Of a stretch of 64,000 nucleotides of DNA, positions 42,801-57,800 are shown piece by piece; positions within the stretch are counted from its first letter, which is position 1, and each line of letters starts with the position of its first letter. Source of the DNA: the human T2T-CHM13v2.0 reference genome, Homo sapiens; NCBI RefSeq assembly GCF_009914755.1, contig NC_060948.1; one strand, given 5' to 3'. The position numbers were made by a program, and so were the translations under genes. The notes under the pieces were generated by a model. That model had not been told where the DNA came from and did not search any database. It was given only the letters and a program-made list of their open reading frames with translations.

Positions 42801-45800
42801 CTGTCCATTCCTTGTGGTTCGATTCCATTTTACTCTAGTCCATTCCATTCCATTGAATTCCATTCGACTCTATTCCGTTCCATTCAATTCCATTCCATTC
42901 GATTCCATTTTTTTCGAGAACCTTCCATTACACTCCCTTCCATTCCAGTGCATTCCATTCCAGTCTATTCAGTTCTATTCCATTCCATTCGTTTCGATTC
43001 CATTCCTCTCCAGCCCATTCCATTCCATTCCATTCCTTTCTTTCCGTTTCATTAGATTCCATTGCATTCAATTCCATTCAATTCAATTCCGTGCTATTCA
43101 ATTTGATTCCTTTCCATTTAATTCCATAGCATTAGATTCCATTCCGTTCGATTCCATTCCATTTGATGCCATTCCATTTGATGTCATTCCGTGACATTCC
43201 ATTCCATTCGAGTCCATTCCGTTCCAATTCATTCCATTCCGTTTCATGAAATTCGAGTCCTCTCCAGTACATTTCATTCCAATCCCAACCAATCCAATCT
43301 ATTCCATTCAATTCCTTTCCCTTCCATTTGATTATATTCCATTGATTTGATTCCATTCAGTTTGATTCCATTCCGTGAAATTTCGTTCCATTCTATTCCA
43401 TTGCATTACTTTCCATTCAATTCCATTCCATTTCATTTCTGTCCATTCGCTTCCTTTCCTTTCGATTCAATTCCATTTGATTCCACTCCATTCTATGCGA
43501 TTTCATTGCAATCAATTCAATTCCATTCGATGACATTCCTTTCGTTTCCATTCCATTCGAGTCCATTCAATTTGAGCATTCGTATCCATTCTATTCGAGT
43601 CCATTCCATTACCGTCTATTCTATTCCCTTCCATTCCTGTTGATTCAATTTCATTCCCTTCCATTCAATTCCTTTCCATTCGATTCCATTCCTTTCCATT
43701 CCATTCCATTCGTTCCCATTCCATGTGATTTCATTCCATTCCAGTGCATTATATTTGAGTCCACTCCACTCCATTCTATTACATTCAATTCCTCATGAGT
43801 CCGTTCCATAACACTCCCTGCATTTCGATTCCATTTCTTGCCAGTTTTCTTCCATTTTATTGCATTCCGTTCGATTCCATTCCATTCGATTGCATTCCAT
43901 TCGATTGCATTCCATTCGAATCCTTTCCATTCCTTTCTATTCCATTCCATTTCATTCGATTTGATTCCATTCTGTTCTATTCCATTCAATTCTTTTTCAT
44001 TCCATTCGAATCCTTTCTATTGCAGTCCATTCCATTCGAGTCCATTCCAATCCCTTCCATCCATTCCATTACACTCCATTCCAATAGATTCCACTCCTTT
44101 GCCTTCCATTCGAATCCATTCCATTCTAGTCCATTCCATTTGAGTCAATTCCATTCCATTCCATTCTATTCCTTTCCAATCCATTCGATTCCATTCGATT
44201 CAATTCCATTTAATTCTCTTTCATTCTATTTTATTCCATGCCATTTGATTGCATTGCATTCCATTCCGTTTGATTCCAGTCCATTCAAGAAAGTTCCATT
44301 CCAGTCCATTGCTTTCGAGTCCATTCCATTCCACTGTAGTCTATTCCACTCCATTCCTTTCCATTCCATTCCATACTATTCCATTCCATTCCTTTGCATT
44401 CCGTTTCCAATCTATTCGAGTCCATTACATTCCAGTCCAATCCATTCGATTACATTCCTCTTGATTCCCTGCCAGTCGATTGCATTGCATACTAGACCAT
44501 TCCAAAGGAGTCCATTCCATTCTATTTCAACACTTTCCATTCCACTCTGTTCGAGTCCATTCCATTCCAGTCCATTTAATTCAAGGGCATTCCATTCCAT
44601 TCCATTCCATTTCATATTATTCTATTCCATTCAATTCCATTCCAGATGATTCCGTTCCATTCTATACCATTGCTCTCTGTTCCATTCCATTCCATCTGTC
44701 TCCATTCCTTTCGTTTCGATTCCTTTCCATTCCATTCCATTACATTTGATCCTATTTTATTAAATTGCATTCTATTCGAGTGATTTCCATTCGAGTCCTT
44801 TCCATTCGATTCCATTCCATTCTATTCCATTCCTTTGGATTCCATTCCATTCCGTTCCGTTCACATCAATTCCTTGCGATTCCATTACATTCGATTTCTT
44901 GCCATTCGATTCCATTCCTTTTGACTCCATTTCATTCGATTCCATTCCATTCCATTAATTTCCATTCCATTCGAGACCTTTCCATTGCAGTCATTTCCCT
45001 TCGAGTCCATTCCGTTCGATTCCCTTCCATTGGAGTCCGTACCAGTCGAGTCCATTCTATTCCAGTCCATTAGTTTCGACTCCATTGCATTCGAGTGCAT
45101 TCCATTCCGTGGCTGTCCATTCCATTCCGTTTGATGCCATTCCATACGATTCCATTCAATTCGAGACCATTCTATTCCTGTCCATTCCTTGTGGTTCGAT
45201 TCCATTTTACTCTAGTCCATTCCATTCCATTGAATTCCATTGGACTCTATTCCGTTCCATTCAATTCCATTCCATTCGACTCCATTTTTTTCGAGAACCT
45301 TCCATTACACTCCCTTCCATTCCAGTGCATTCCATTCCAGTCTCTTCAGTTCTATTCCATTCCATTCGTTTCGATTCCATTCCACTCCAGCCCATTCCAT
45401 TCCATTCCATTCCTTTCTTTCCGTTTCATTAGATTCCATTGCATTCAATTCCATTCAATTCAATTCCGTGCTATTCAATTTGATTCCTTTCCATTTAATT
45501 CCATAGCATTAGATTCCATTCCGTTCGATTCCATTCCATTTGATGCCATTCCATTTGATGCCATTCCGTGACATTCCATTCCATTCGAGTCCATTCCATC
45601 CAATTCATTCCATTCCGTTTCATGAAATTCGAGTCCTTTCCAGTACATTTCATTCCAATCCCATCCAGTCCAATCTATTCCATTCAATTCCTTTCCCTTC
45701 CATTTGATTATATTCCATTGATTTGATTCCATTCAGTTTGATTCCATTCCGTGAAATTTCGTTCCATTCTATTCCATTGCATTACTTTCCATTCAATTCC

Positions 45801-48800
45801 ATTCCATTTCATTTCAGTCCATTCGCTTCCTTTCCTTTCGATTCAATTCCATTTGATTCCACTCCATTCTATGCGATTTCATTCCAATCGATTCAATTCC
45901 ATTCAATGACATTCCTTTCCTTTCCATTCCATTCGAGTCCATTCAATTTGAGCATTCGTGTCCATTCTATTCGAGTCCATTCCATTACCGTCTATTCTAT
46001 TCCCTTCCATTCCTGTTGATTCAATTTCATTCCCTTCCATTCAATTCCTTTCCATTCGATTCCATTCCTTTCCATTCCATTCCATTCGTTCCCATTCCAT
46101 GTGATTTCATTCCATTCCAGTCCATTATATTCGAGTCCACTCCACTCCATTCTATTACATTCAATTCCTCATGAGTCCGTTCCATAACACTCCATGCATT
46201 TCGATTCCATTTCTTGCCAGTTTTCTTCCATTTTATTCCATTCCGTTCGATTCCATTCCATTCGATTGCATTCCATTCGATTGCATACCATTCGAATCCT
46301 TTCCATTCCTTTCTATTCCATTCCATTTCATTCGATTTGATTCCATTGTGTTCTATTCCATTCAATTCTTTTTCATTCCATTCGAATCGTTTCTATTGCA
46401 GTCCATTCCATTCGAGTCCATTCCAATCCCTTCCATCCATTCCATTACAGTCCATTCCAATAGATTCCACTCCTTTGCCTTCCATTCGAATCCATTCCAT
46501 TCTAGTCCATTCCATTTGAGTCAATTCCATTCCATTCCCTTCTATTCCTTTCCAATCCATTCGATTCCATTCGATTCAATTCCATTTGATTCTCTTTCAT
46601 TCTATTTTATTCCATGCCATTTGATTGCATTGCATTCCATTCCGTTTGATTCCAGTCCATTCAAGAAAGTTCCATTCCAGTCCATTGCTTTCGAGTACAT
46701 TCCATTCCACTCTAGTCTATTCCACTCCATTCCTTTCCATTCCATTCCATACTATTCCATTCCATTCCTTTGCATTCCGTTTCCAATCTATTCGAGTCCA
46801 TTACATTCCAGTCCAATCCATTCGATTACATTCCCCTTGATTCCCTGCCAGTCGATTGCATTGCATACTAGACCATTCCAAAGGAGTCCATTCCATTCTA
46901 TTTCAACACTTTCCATTCCACTCTGTTCGAGTCCATTCCATTCCAGTCCATTTAATTCAAGGGCATTCCATTCCATTCCCTTCCATTTTATATTATTCTA
47001 TTCCATTCAATTCCATTCCAGATGATTCCATTCCATTCTATACCATTGCTCTCTGTTCCATTCCATTCCATCTGTCTCCATTCCTTTCGTTTCGATTCCT
47101 TTCCATTCCATTCCATTACATTTGATCCTATTTTATTAAATTGCATTCTATTCGAGTGATTTCCATTCGAGTCCTTTCCATTCGATTCCATTCCATTCTA
47201 TTCCATTCCTTTGGATTCCATTCCATTCCGTTCCGTTCATATCAATTCCTTGCCATTCCATTACATTCGATTTCTTGCCATTCGATTCCATTCCTTTTGA
47301 CTCCATTTCATTCGATTCCATTCCATTCCATTAATTTCCATTCCATTCGAGACCTTTCCATTGCAGTCTTTTCCCTTCGAGTCCATTCCGTTCGATTCCC
47401 TTCCATTGGAGTCCGTACCAGTCTAGTCCATTCTATTCCAGTCCATTAGTTTCGACTCCATTGCATTCGAGTGCATTCCATTCCGTGGCTGTCCATTGCA
47501 TTCCGTTTGATGCCATTCCATATGATTCCATTCAATTCGAGACCATTCTATTCCTGTCCATTCCTTGTGGTTCGATTCCATTTTACTCTAGTCCATTCCA
47601 TTCCATTGAATTCCATTCGACTCTATTCCGTTCCATTCAATTCCATTCCATTCGATTCCATTTTTTTCGAGAACCTTCCATTACACTCCCTTCCATTCCA
47701 GTGCATTCCATTCCAGTCTCTTCAGTTCTATTCCATTCCATTCGTTTCGATTCCATTCCACTCCAGCCCATTCCATTCCATTCCATTCCTTTCTTTCCGT
47801 TTCATTAGATTCCATTGCATTCAATTCCATTCAATTCAATTCCGTGCTATTCAATTTGATTCCTTTCCATTTAATTCCATAGCATTAGATTCCATTCCGT
47901 TCGATTCCATTCCATTTGATGCCATTCCATTTGATGCCATTCCGTGACATTCCATTCCATTCGAGTCCATTCCGTTCCAATTCATTCCATTCCGTTTCAT
48001 GAAATTCGATTCCTTTCCAGTACATTTCATTCCAATCCCATCCAATCCAATCTATTCCATTCAATTCCTTTCCCTTCCATTTGATTATATTCCATTGATT
48101 TGATTCCATTCAGTTTGATTCCATTCCGTGAAATTTCGTTCCATTCTATTCCATTGCATTACTTTCCATTCAATTCCATTCCATTTCATTTCTGTCCATT
48201 CGCTTCCTTTCCTTTCGATTCAATTCCATTTGATTCCACTCCATTCTATGCGATTTCATTGCAATCGATTCAATTCCATTCGATGACATTCCTTTCGTTT
48301 CCATTCCATTAGAGTCCATTCAATTTGAGCATTCGTGTCCATTCTATTCGAGTCCATTCCATTACCGTCTATTCTATTCCCTTCCATTCCTGTTGATTCA
48401 ATTTCATTCCCTTCCATTCGATTCCTTTCCATTCGATTCCATTCCTTTCCATTCCATTCCATTCGTTCCCATTCCATGTGATTTCATTCCATTCCAGTGC
48501 ATTATATTCGAGTCCACTCCACTCCATTCTATTACATTCAATTCCTCATGAGTCCGTTACATAACACTCCCTGCATTTCGATTCCATTTCTTGCCAGTTT
48601 TCTTCCATTTTATTGCATTCCGTTCGATTCCATTCCATTCGATTGCATTCCATTCGATTGCATTCCATTCGAATCCTTTCCATTCCTTTCTATTCCATTC
48701 CATTTCATTCGATTTGATTCCATTCTGTTCTATTCCATTCAATTCTTTTTCATTCCATTCGAATCCTTTCTATTGCAGTCCATTCCATTCGAGTCCATTC

Positions 48801-51800
48801 CAATCCCTTCCATCCATTCCATTACACTCCATTCCAATAGATTCCACTCCTTTGCCTTCCATTCGAATCCATTCCATTCTAGTCCATTCCATTTGAGTCA
48901 ATTCCATTCCATTCCATTCTATTCCTTTCCAATCCATTCGATTCCATTCGATTCAATTCCATTTAATTCTCTTTCATTCTATTTTATTCCATGCCATTTG
49001 ATTGCATTGCATTCCATTCCGTTTGATTCCAGTCCATTCAAGAAAGTTCCATTCCAGTCCATTGCTTTCGAGTCCATTCCATTCCACTGTAGTCTATTCC
49101 ACTCCATTCCTTTCCATTCCATTCCATACTATTCCATTCCATTCCTTTGCATTCCGTTTCCAATCTATTCGAGTCCATTACATTCCAGTCCAATCCATTC
49201 GATTACATTCCTCTTGATTCCCTGCCAGTCGATTGCATTGCATACTAGACCATTCCAAACGAGTCCATTCCATTCTATTTCAACACTTTCCATTCCACTC
49301 TGTTCGAGTCCATTCCATTCCAGTCCATTTAATTCAAGGGCATTCCATTCCATTCCATTCCATTTCATATTATTCTATTCCATTCAATTCCATTCCAGAT
49401 GATTCCGTTCCATTCTATACCATTGCTCTCTGTTCCATTCCATTCCATCTGTCTCCATTCCTTTCGTTTCAATTCCTTTCCATTCCATTCCATTACATTT
49501 GATCCTATTTTATTAAATTGCATTCTATTCGAGTGATTTCCATTCGAGTCCTTTCCATTCGATTCCATTCCATTCTATTCCATTCCTTTGGATTCCATTC
49601 CATTCCGTTCCGTTCACATCAATTCCTTGCGATTCCATTACATTCGATTTCTTGCCATTCGATTCCATTCCTTTTGACTCCATTTCATTCGATTCCATTC
49701 CATTCCATTAATTTCCATTCCATTCGAGACCTTTCCATTGCAGTCTTTTCCCTTCGAGTCCATTCCGTTCGATTCCCTTCCATTGGAGTCCGTACCAGTC
49801 GAGTCCATTCTATTCCAGTCCATTAGTTTCGACTCCATTGCATTCGAGTGCATTCCATTCCGTGGCTGTCCATTCCATTCCGTTTGATGCCATTCCATAC
49901 GATTCCATTCAATTCGAGACCATTCTATTCCTGTCCATTCCTTGTGGTTCGATTCCATTTTACTCTAGTCCATTCCATTCCATTGAATTCCATTCGACTC
50001 TATTCCGTTCCATTCAATTCCATTCCATTCGACTCCATTTTTTTCGAGAACCTTCCATTACACTCCCTTCCATTCCAGTGCATTCCATTCCAGTCTCTTC
50101 AGTTCTATTCCATTCCATTCGTTTCGATTCCATTCCACTCCAGCCCATTCCATTCCATTCCATTCCTTTCTTTCCGTTTCATTAGATTCCATTGCATTCA
50201 ATTCCATTCAATTCAATTCCGTGCTATTCAATTTGATTCCTTTCCATTTAATTCCATAGCATTAGATTCCATTCCGTTCGATTCCATTCCATTTGATGCC
50301 ATTCCATTTGATGCCATTCCGTGACATTCCATTCCATTCGAGTCCATTCCATCCAATTCATTCCATTCCGTTTCATGAAATTCGAGTCCTTTCCAGTACA
50401 TTTCATTCCAATCCCATCCAGTCCAATCTATTCCATTCAATTCCTTTCCCTTCCATTTGATTATATTCCATTGATTTGATTCCATTCAGTTTGATTCCAT
50501 TCCGTGAAATTTCGTTCCATTCTATTCCATTGCATTACTTTCCATTCAATTCCATTCCATTTCATTTCAGTCCATTCGCTTCCTTTCCTTTCGATTCAAT
50601 TCCATTTGATTCCACTCCATTCTATGCGATTTCATTCCAATCGATTCAATTCCATTCAATGACATTCCTTTCGTTTCCATTCCATTCGAGTCCATTCAAT
50701 TTGAGCATTCGTGTCCATTCTATTCGAGTCCATTCCATTACCGTCTATTCTATTCCCTTCCATTCCTGTTGATTCAATTTCATTCCCTTCCATTCAATTC
50801 CTTTCCATTCGATTCCATTCCTTTCCATTCCATTCCATTCGTTCCCATTCCATGTGATTTCATTCCATTCCAGTCCATTATATTCGAGTCCACTCCACTC
50901 CATTCTATTACATTCAATTCCTCATGAGTCCGTTCCATAACACTCCATGCATTTCGATTCCATTTCTTGCCAGTTTTCTTCCATTTTATTCCATTCCGTT
51001 CGATTCCATTCCATTCGATTGCATTCCATTCGATTGCATACCATTCGAATCCTTTCCATTCCTTTCTATTCCATTCCATTTCATTCGATTTGATTCCATT
51101 CTGTTCTATTCCATTCAATTCTTTTTCATTCCATTCGAATCCTTTCTATTGCAGTCCATTCCATTCGAGTCCATTCCAATCCCTTCCATCCATTCCATTA
51201 CAGTCCATTCCAATAGATTCCACTCCTTTGCCTTCCATTCGAATCCATTCCATTCTAGTCCATTCCATTTGAGTCAATTCCATTCCATTCCATTCTATTC
51301 CTTTCCAATCCATTCGATTCCATTCGATTCAATTCCATTTGATTCTCTTTCATTCTATTTTATTCCATGCCATTTGATTGCATTGCATTCCATTCCGTTT
51401 GATTCCAGTCCATTCAAGAAAGTTCCATTCCAGTCCATTGCTTTCGAGTCCATTCCATTCCACTCTAGTCTATTCCACTCCATTCCTTTCCATTCCATTC
51501 CATACTATTCCATTCCATTCCTTTGCATTCCGTTTCCAATCTATTCGAGTCCATTACATTCCAGTCCAATCCATTCGATTACATTCCTCTTGATTCCCTG
51601 CCAGTCGATTGCATTGCATACTAGACCATTCCAAAGGAGTCCATTCCATTCTATTTCAACACTTCCCATTCCACTCTGTTCGAGTCCATTCCATTCCAGT
51701 CCATTTAATTCAAGGGCATTCCATTCCATTCCATTCCATTTCATATTATTCTATTCCATTCAATTCCATTCCAGATGATTCCATTCCATTCTATACCATT

Positions 51801-54800
51801 GCTCTCTGTTCCATTCCATTCCATCTGTCTCCATTCCTTTCGTTTCGATTCCTTTCCATTCCATTCCATTACATTTGATCCTATTTTATTAAATTGCATT
51901 CTATTCGAGTGATTTCCATTCGAGTCCTTTCCATTCGATTCCATTCCATTCTATTCCATTCCTTTGGATTCCATTCCATTCCGTTCCGTTCATATCAATT
52001 CCTTGCCATTCCATTACATTCGATTTCTTGCCATTCGATTCCATTCCTTTTGACTCCATTTCATTCGATTCCATTCCATTCCATTAATTTCCATTCCATT
52101 CGAGACCTTTCCATTGCAGTCTTTTCCCTTCGAGTCCATTCCGTTCGATTCCCTTCCATTGGAGTCCGTACCAGTCTAGTCCATTCTATTCCAGTCCATT
52201 AGTTTCGACTCCATTGCATTCGAGTGCATTCCATTCCGTGGCTGTCCATTGCATTCCGTTTGATGCCATTCCATATGATTCCATTCAATTCGAGACCATT
52301 CTATTCCTTTCCATTCCTTGTGGTTCGATTCCATTTTACTCTAGTCCATTCCATTCCATTGAATTCCATTCGACTCTATTCCGTTCCATTCAATTCCATT
52401 CCATTCGATTCCATTTTTTTCGAGAACCTTCCATTACACTCCCTTCCATTCCAGTGCATTCCATTCCAGTCTCTTCAGTTCTATTCCATTCCATTCGTTT
52501 CGATTCCATTCCACTCCAGCCCATTCCATTCCATTCCATTCCTTTCTTTCCGTTTCATTAGATTCCATTGCATTCAATTCCATTCAAATCAATTCCGTGC
52601 TATTCAATTTGATTCCTTTCCATTTAATTCCATAGCATTAGATTCCATTCCGTTCGATTCCATTCCATTTGATGCCATTCCATTTGATGCCATTCCGTGA
52701 CATTCCATTCCATTCGAGTCCATTCCGTTCCAATTCATTCCATTCCGTTTCATGAAATTCGAGTCCTTTCCAGTACATTTCATTCCAATCCCATCCAATC
52801 CAATCTATTCCATTCAATTCCTTTCCCTTCCATTTGATTATATTCCATTGATTTGATTCCATTCAGTTTGATTCCATTCCGTGAAATTTCGTTCCATTCT
52901 ATTCCATTGCATTACTTTCCATTCAATTCCATTCCATTTCATTTCTGTCCATTCGCTTCCTTTCCTTTCGATTCAATTCCATTTGATTCCACTCCATTCT
53001 ATGCGATTTCATTGCAATCGATTCAATTCCATTCGATGACATTCCTTTCGTTTCCATTCCATTAGAGTCCATTCAATTTGAGCATTCGTGTCCATTCTAT
53101 TCGAGTCCATTCCATTACCGTCTATTCTATTCCCTTCCATTCCTGTTGATTCAATTTCATTCCCTTCCATTCGATTCCTTTCCATTCGATTCCATTCCTT
53201 TCCATTCCATTCCATTCGTTCCCATTCCATGTGATTTCATTCCATTCCAGTGCATTATATTCGAGTCCACTCCACTCCATTCTATTACATTCAATTCCTC
53301 ATGAGTCCGTTCCATAACACTCCCTGCATTTCGATTCCATTTCTTGCCAGTTTTCTTCCATTTTATTGCATTCCGTTCGATTCCATTCCATTCGATTGCA
53401 TTCCATTCGATTGCATTCCATTCGAATCCTTTCCATTCCTTTCTATTCCATTCCATTTCATTCGATTTGATTCCATTCTGTTCTATTCCATTCAATTCTT
53501 TTTCATTCCATTCGAATCCTTTCTATTGCAGTCCATTCCATTCGAGTCCATTCCAATCCCTTCCATCCATTCCATTACAGTCCATTCCAATAGATTCCAC
53601 TCCTTTGCCTTCCATTCGAATCCATTCCATTCTAGTCCATTCCATTTGAGTCAATTCCATTCCATTCCATTCTATTCCTTTCCAATCCATTCGATTCCAT
53701 TCGATTCAATTCCATTTAATTCTCTTTCATTCTATTTTATTCCATGCCATTTGATTGCATTGCATTCCATTCCGTTTGATTCCAGTCCATTCAAGAAAGT
53801 TCCATTCCAGTCCATTGCTTTCGAGTCCATTCCATTCCACTCTAGTCTATTCCACTCCATTCCTTTCCATTCCATTCCATACTATTCCATTCCATTCCTT
53901 TGCATTCCGTTTCCAATCTATTCGAGTCCATTACATTCCAGTCCAATCCATTCGATTACATTCCTCTTGATTCCCTGCCAGTCGATTGCATTGCATACTA
54001 GACCATTCCAAAGGAGTCCATTCCATTCTATTTCAACACTTTCCATTCCACTCTGTTCGAGTCCATTCCATTCCAGTCCATTTAATTCAAGGGCATTCCA
54101 TTCCATTCCCTTCCATTTTATATTATTCTATTCCATTCAATTCCATTCCAGATGATTCCATTCCATTCTATACCATTGCTCTCTGTTCCATTCCATTCCA
54201 TCTGTCTCCATTCCTTTCGTTTCGATTCCTTTCCATTCCATTCCATTACATTTGATCCTATTTTATTAAATTGCATTCTATTCGAGTGATTTCCATTCGA
54301 GTCCTTTCCATTCGATTCCATTCCATTCTATTCCATTCCTTTGGATTCCATTCCATTCCGTTCCGTTCACATCAATTCCTTGCGATTCCATTACATTCGA
54401 TTTCTTGCCATTCGATTCCATTCCTTTTGACTCCATTTCATTCGATTCCATTCCATTCCATTAATTTCCATTCCATTCGAGACCTTTCCATTGCAGTCTT
54501 TTCCCTTCGAGTCCATTCCGTTCGATTCCCTTCCATTGGAGTCCGTACCAGTCGAGTCCATTCTATTCCAGTCCATTAGTTTCGACTCCATTGCATTCGA
54601 GTGCATTCCATTCCGTGGCTGTCCATTCCATTCCGTTTGATGCCATTCCATACGATTCCATTCAATTCGAGACCATTCTATTCCTGTCCATTCCTTGTGG
54701 TTCGATTCCATTTTACTCTAGTCCATTCCATTCCATTGAATTCCATTCGACTCTATTCCGTTCCATTCAATTCCATTCCATTCGATTCCATTTTTTTCGA

Positions 54801-57800
54801 GAACCTTCCATTACACTCCCTTCCATTCCAGTGCATTCCATTCCAGTCTATTCAGTTCTATTCCATTCCATTCGTTTCGATTCCATTCCTCTCCAGCCCA
54901 TTCCATTCCATTCCATTCCTTTCTTTCCGTTTCATTAGATTCCATTGCATTCAATTCCATTCAATTCAATTCCGTGCTATTCAATTTGATTCCTTTCCAT
55001 TTAATTCCATAGCATTAGATTCCATTCCGTTCGATTCCATTCCATTTGATGCCATTCCATTTGATGTCATTCCGTGACATTCCATTCCATTCGAGTCCAT
55101 TCCGTTCCAATTCATTCCATTCCGTTTCATGAAATTCGAGTCCTCTCCAGTACATTTCATTCCAATCCCAACCAATCCAATCTATTCCATTCAATTCCTT
55201 TCCCTTCCATTTGATTATATTCCATTGATTTGATTCCATTCAGTTTGATTCCATTCCGTGAAATTTCGTTCCATTCTATTCCATTGCATTACTTTCCATT
55301 CAATTCCATTCCATTTCATTTCTGTCCATTCGCTTCCTTTCCTTTCGATTCAATTCCATTTGATTCCACTCCATTCTATGCGATTTCATTGCAATCAATT
55401 CAATTCCATTCGATGACATTCCTTTCGTTTCCATTCCATTCGAGTCCATTCAATTTGAGCATTCGTGTCCATTCTATTCGAGTCCATTCCATTACCGTCT
55501 ATTCTATTCCCTTCCATTCCTGTTGATTCAATTTCATTCCCTTCCATTCAATTCCTTTCCATTCGATTCCATTCCTTTCCATTCCATTCCATTCGTTCCC
55601 ATTCCATGTGATTTCATTCCATTCCAGTGCATTATATTTGAGTCCACTCCACTCCATTCTATTACATTCAATTCCTCATGAGTCCGTTCCATAACACTCC
55701 CTGCATTTCGATTCCATTTCTTGCCAGTTTTCTTCCATTTTATTGCATTCCGTTCGATTCCATTCCATTCGATTGCATTCCATTCGATTGCATTCCATTC
55801 GAATCCTTTCCATTCCTTTCTATTCCATTCCATTTCATTCGATTTGATTCCATTCTGTTCTATTCCATTCAATTCTTTTTCATTCCATTCGAATCCTTTC
55901 TATTGCAGTCCATTCCATTCGAGTCCATTCCAATCCCTTCCATCCATTCCATTACACTCCATTCCAATAGATTCCACTCCTTTGCCTTCCATTCGAATCC
56001 ATTCCATTCTAGTCCATTCCATTTGAGTCAATTCCATTCCATTCCATTCTATTCCTTTCCAATCCATTCGATTCCATTCGATTCAATTCCATTTAATTCT
56101 CTTTCATTCTATTTTATTCCATGCCATTTGATTGCATTGCATTCCATTCCGTTTGATTCCAGTCCATTCAAGAAAGTTCCATTCCAGTCCATTGCTTTCG
56201 AGTCCATTCCATTCCACTGTAGTCTATTCCACTCCATTCCTTTCCATTCCATTCCATACTATTCCATTCCATTCCTTTGCATTCCGTTTCCAATCTATTC
56301 GAGTCCATTACATTCCAGTCCAATCCATTCGATTACATTCCTCTTGATTCCCTGCCAGTCGATTGCATTGCATACTAGACCATTCCAAAGGAGTCCATTC
56401 CATTCTATTTCAACACTTTCCATTCCACTCTGTTCGAGTCCATTCCATTCCAGTCCATTTAATTCAAGGGCATTCCATTCCATTCCATTCCATTTCATAT
56501 TATTCTATTCCATTCAATTCCATTCCAGATGATTCCGTTCCATTCTATACCATTGCTCTCTGTTCCATTCCATTCCATCTGTCTCCATTCCTTTCGTTTC
56601 GATTCCTTTCCATTCCATTCCATTACATTTGATCCTATTTTATTAAATTGCATTCTATTCGAGTGATTTCCATTCGAGTCCTTTCCATTCGATTCCATTC
56701 CATTCTATTCCATTCCTTTGGATTCCATTCCATTCCGTTCCGTTCACATCAATTCCTTGCGATTCCATTACATTCGATTTCTTGCCATTCGATTCCATTC
56801 CTTTTGACTCCATTTCATTCGATTCCATTCCATTCCATTAATTTCCATTCCATTCGAGACCTTTCCATTGCAGTCATTTCCCTTCGAGTCCATTCCGTTC
56901 GATTCCCTTCCATTGGAGTCCGTACCAGTCGAGTCCATTCTATTCCAGTCCATTAGTTTCGACTCCATTGCATTCGAGTGCATTCCATTCCGTGGCTGTC
57001 CATTCCATTCCGTTTGATGCCATTCCATACGATTCCATTCAATTCGAGACCATTCTATTCCTGTCCATTCCTTGTGGTTCGATTCCATTTTACTCTAGTC
57101 CATTCCATTCCATTCCATTGAATTCCATTGGACTCTATTCCGTTCCATTCAATTCCATTCCATTCGACTCCATTTTTTTCGAGAACCTTCCATTACACTC
57201 CCTTCCATTCCAGTGCATTCCATTCCAGTCTCTTCAGTTCTATTCCATTCCATTCGTTTCGATTCCATTCCACTCCAGCCCATTCCATTCCATTCCATTC
57301 CTTTCTTTCCGTTTCATTAGATTCCATTGCATTCAATTCCATTCAATTCAATTCCGTGCTATTCAATTTGATTCCTTTCCATTTAATTCCATAGCATTAG
57401 ATTCCATTCCGTTTGATTCCATTCCATTTGATGCCATTCCATTTGATGCCATTCCGTGACATTCCATTCCATTCGAGTCCATTCCATCCAATTCATTCCA
57501 TTCCGTTTCATGAAATTCGAGTCCTTTCCAGTACATTTCATTCCAATCCCATCCAGTCCAATCTATTCCATTCAATTCCTTTCCCTTCCATTTGATTATA
57601 TTCCATTGATTTGATTCCATTCAGTTTGATTCCATTCCGTGAAATTTCGTTCCATTCTATTCCATTGCATTACTTTCCATTCAATTCCATTCCATTTCAT
57701 TTCAGTCCATTCGCTTCCTTTCCTTTCGATTCAATTCCATTTGATTCCACTCCATTCTATGCGATTTCATTCCAATCGATTCAATTCCATTCAATGACAT

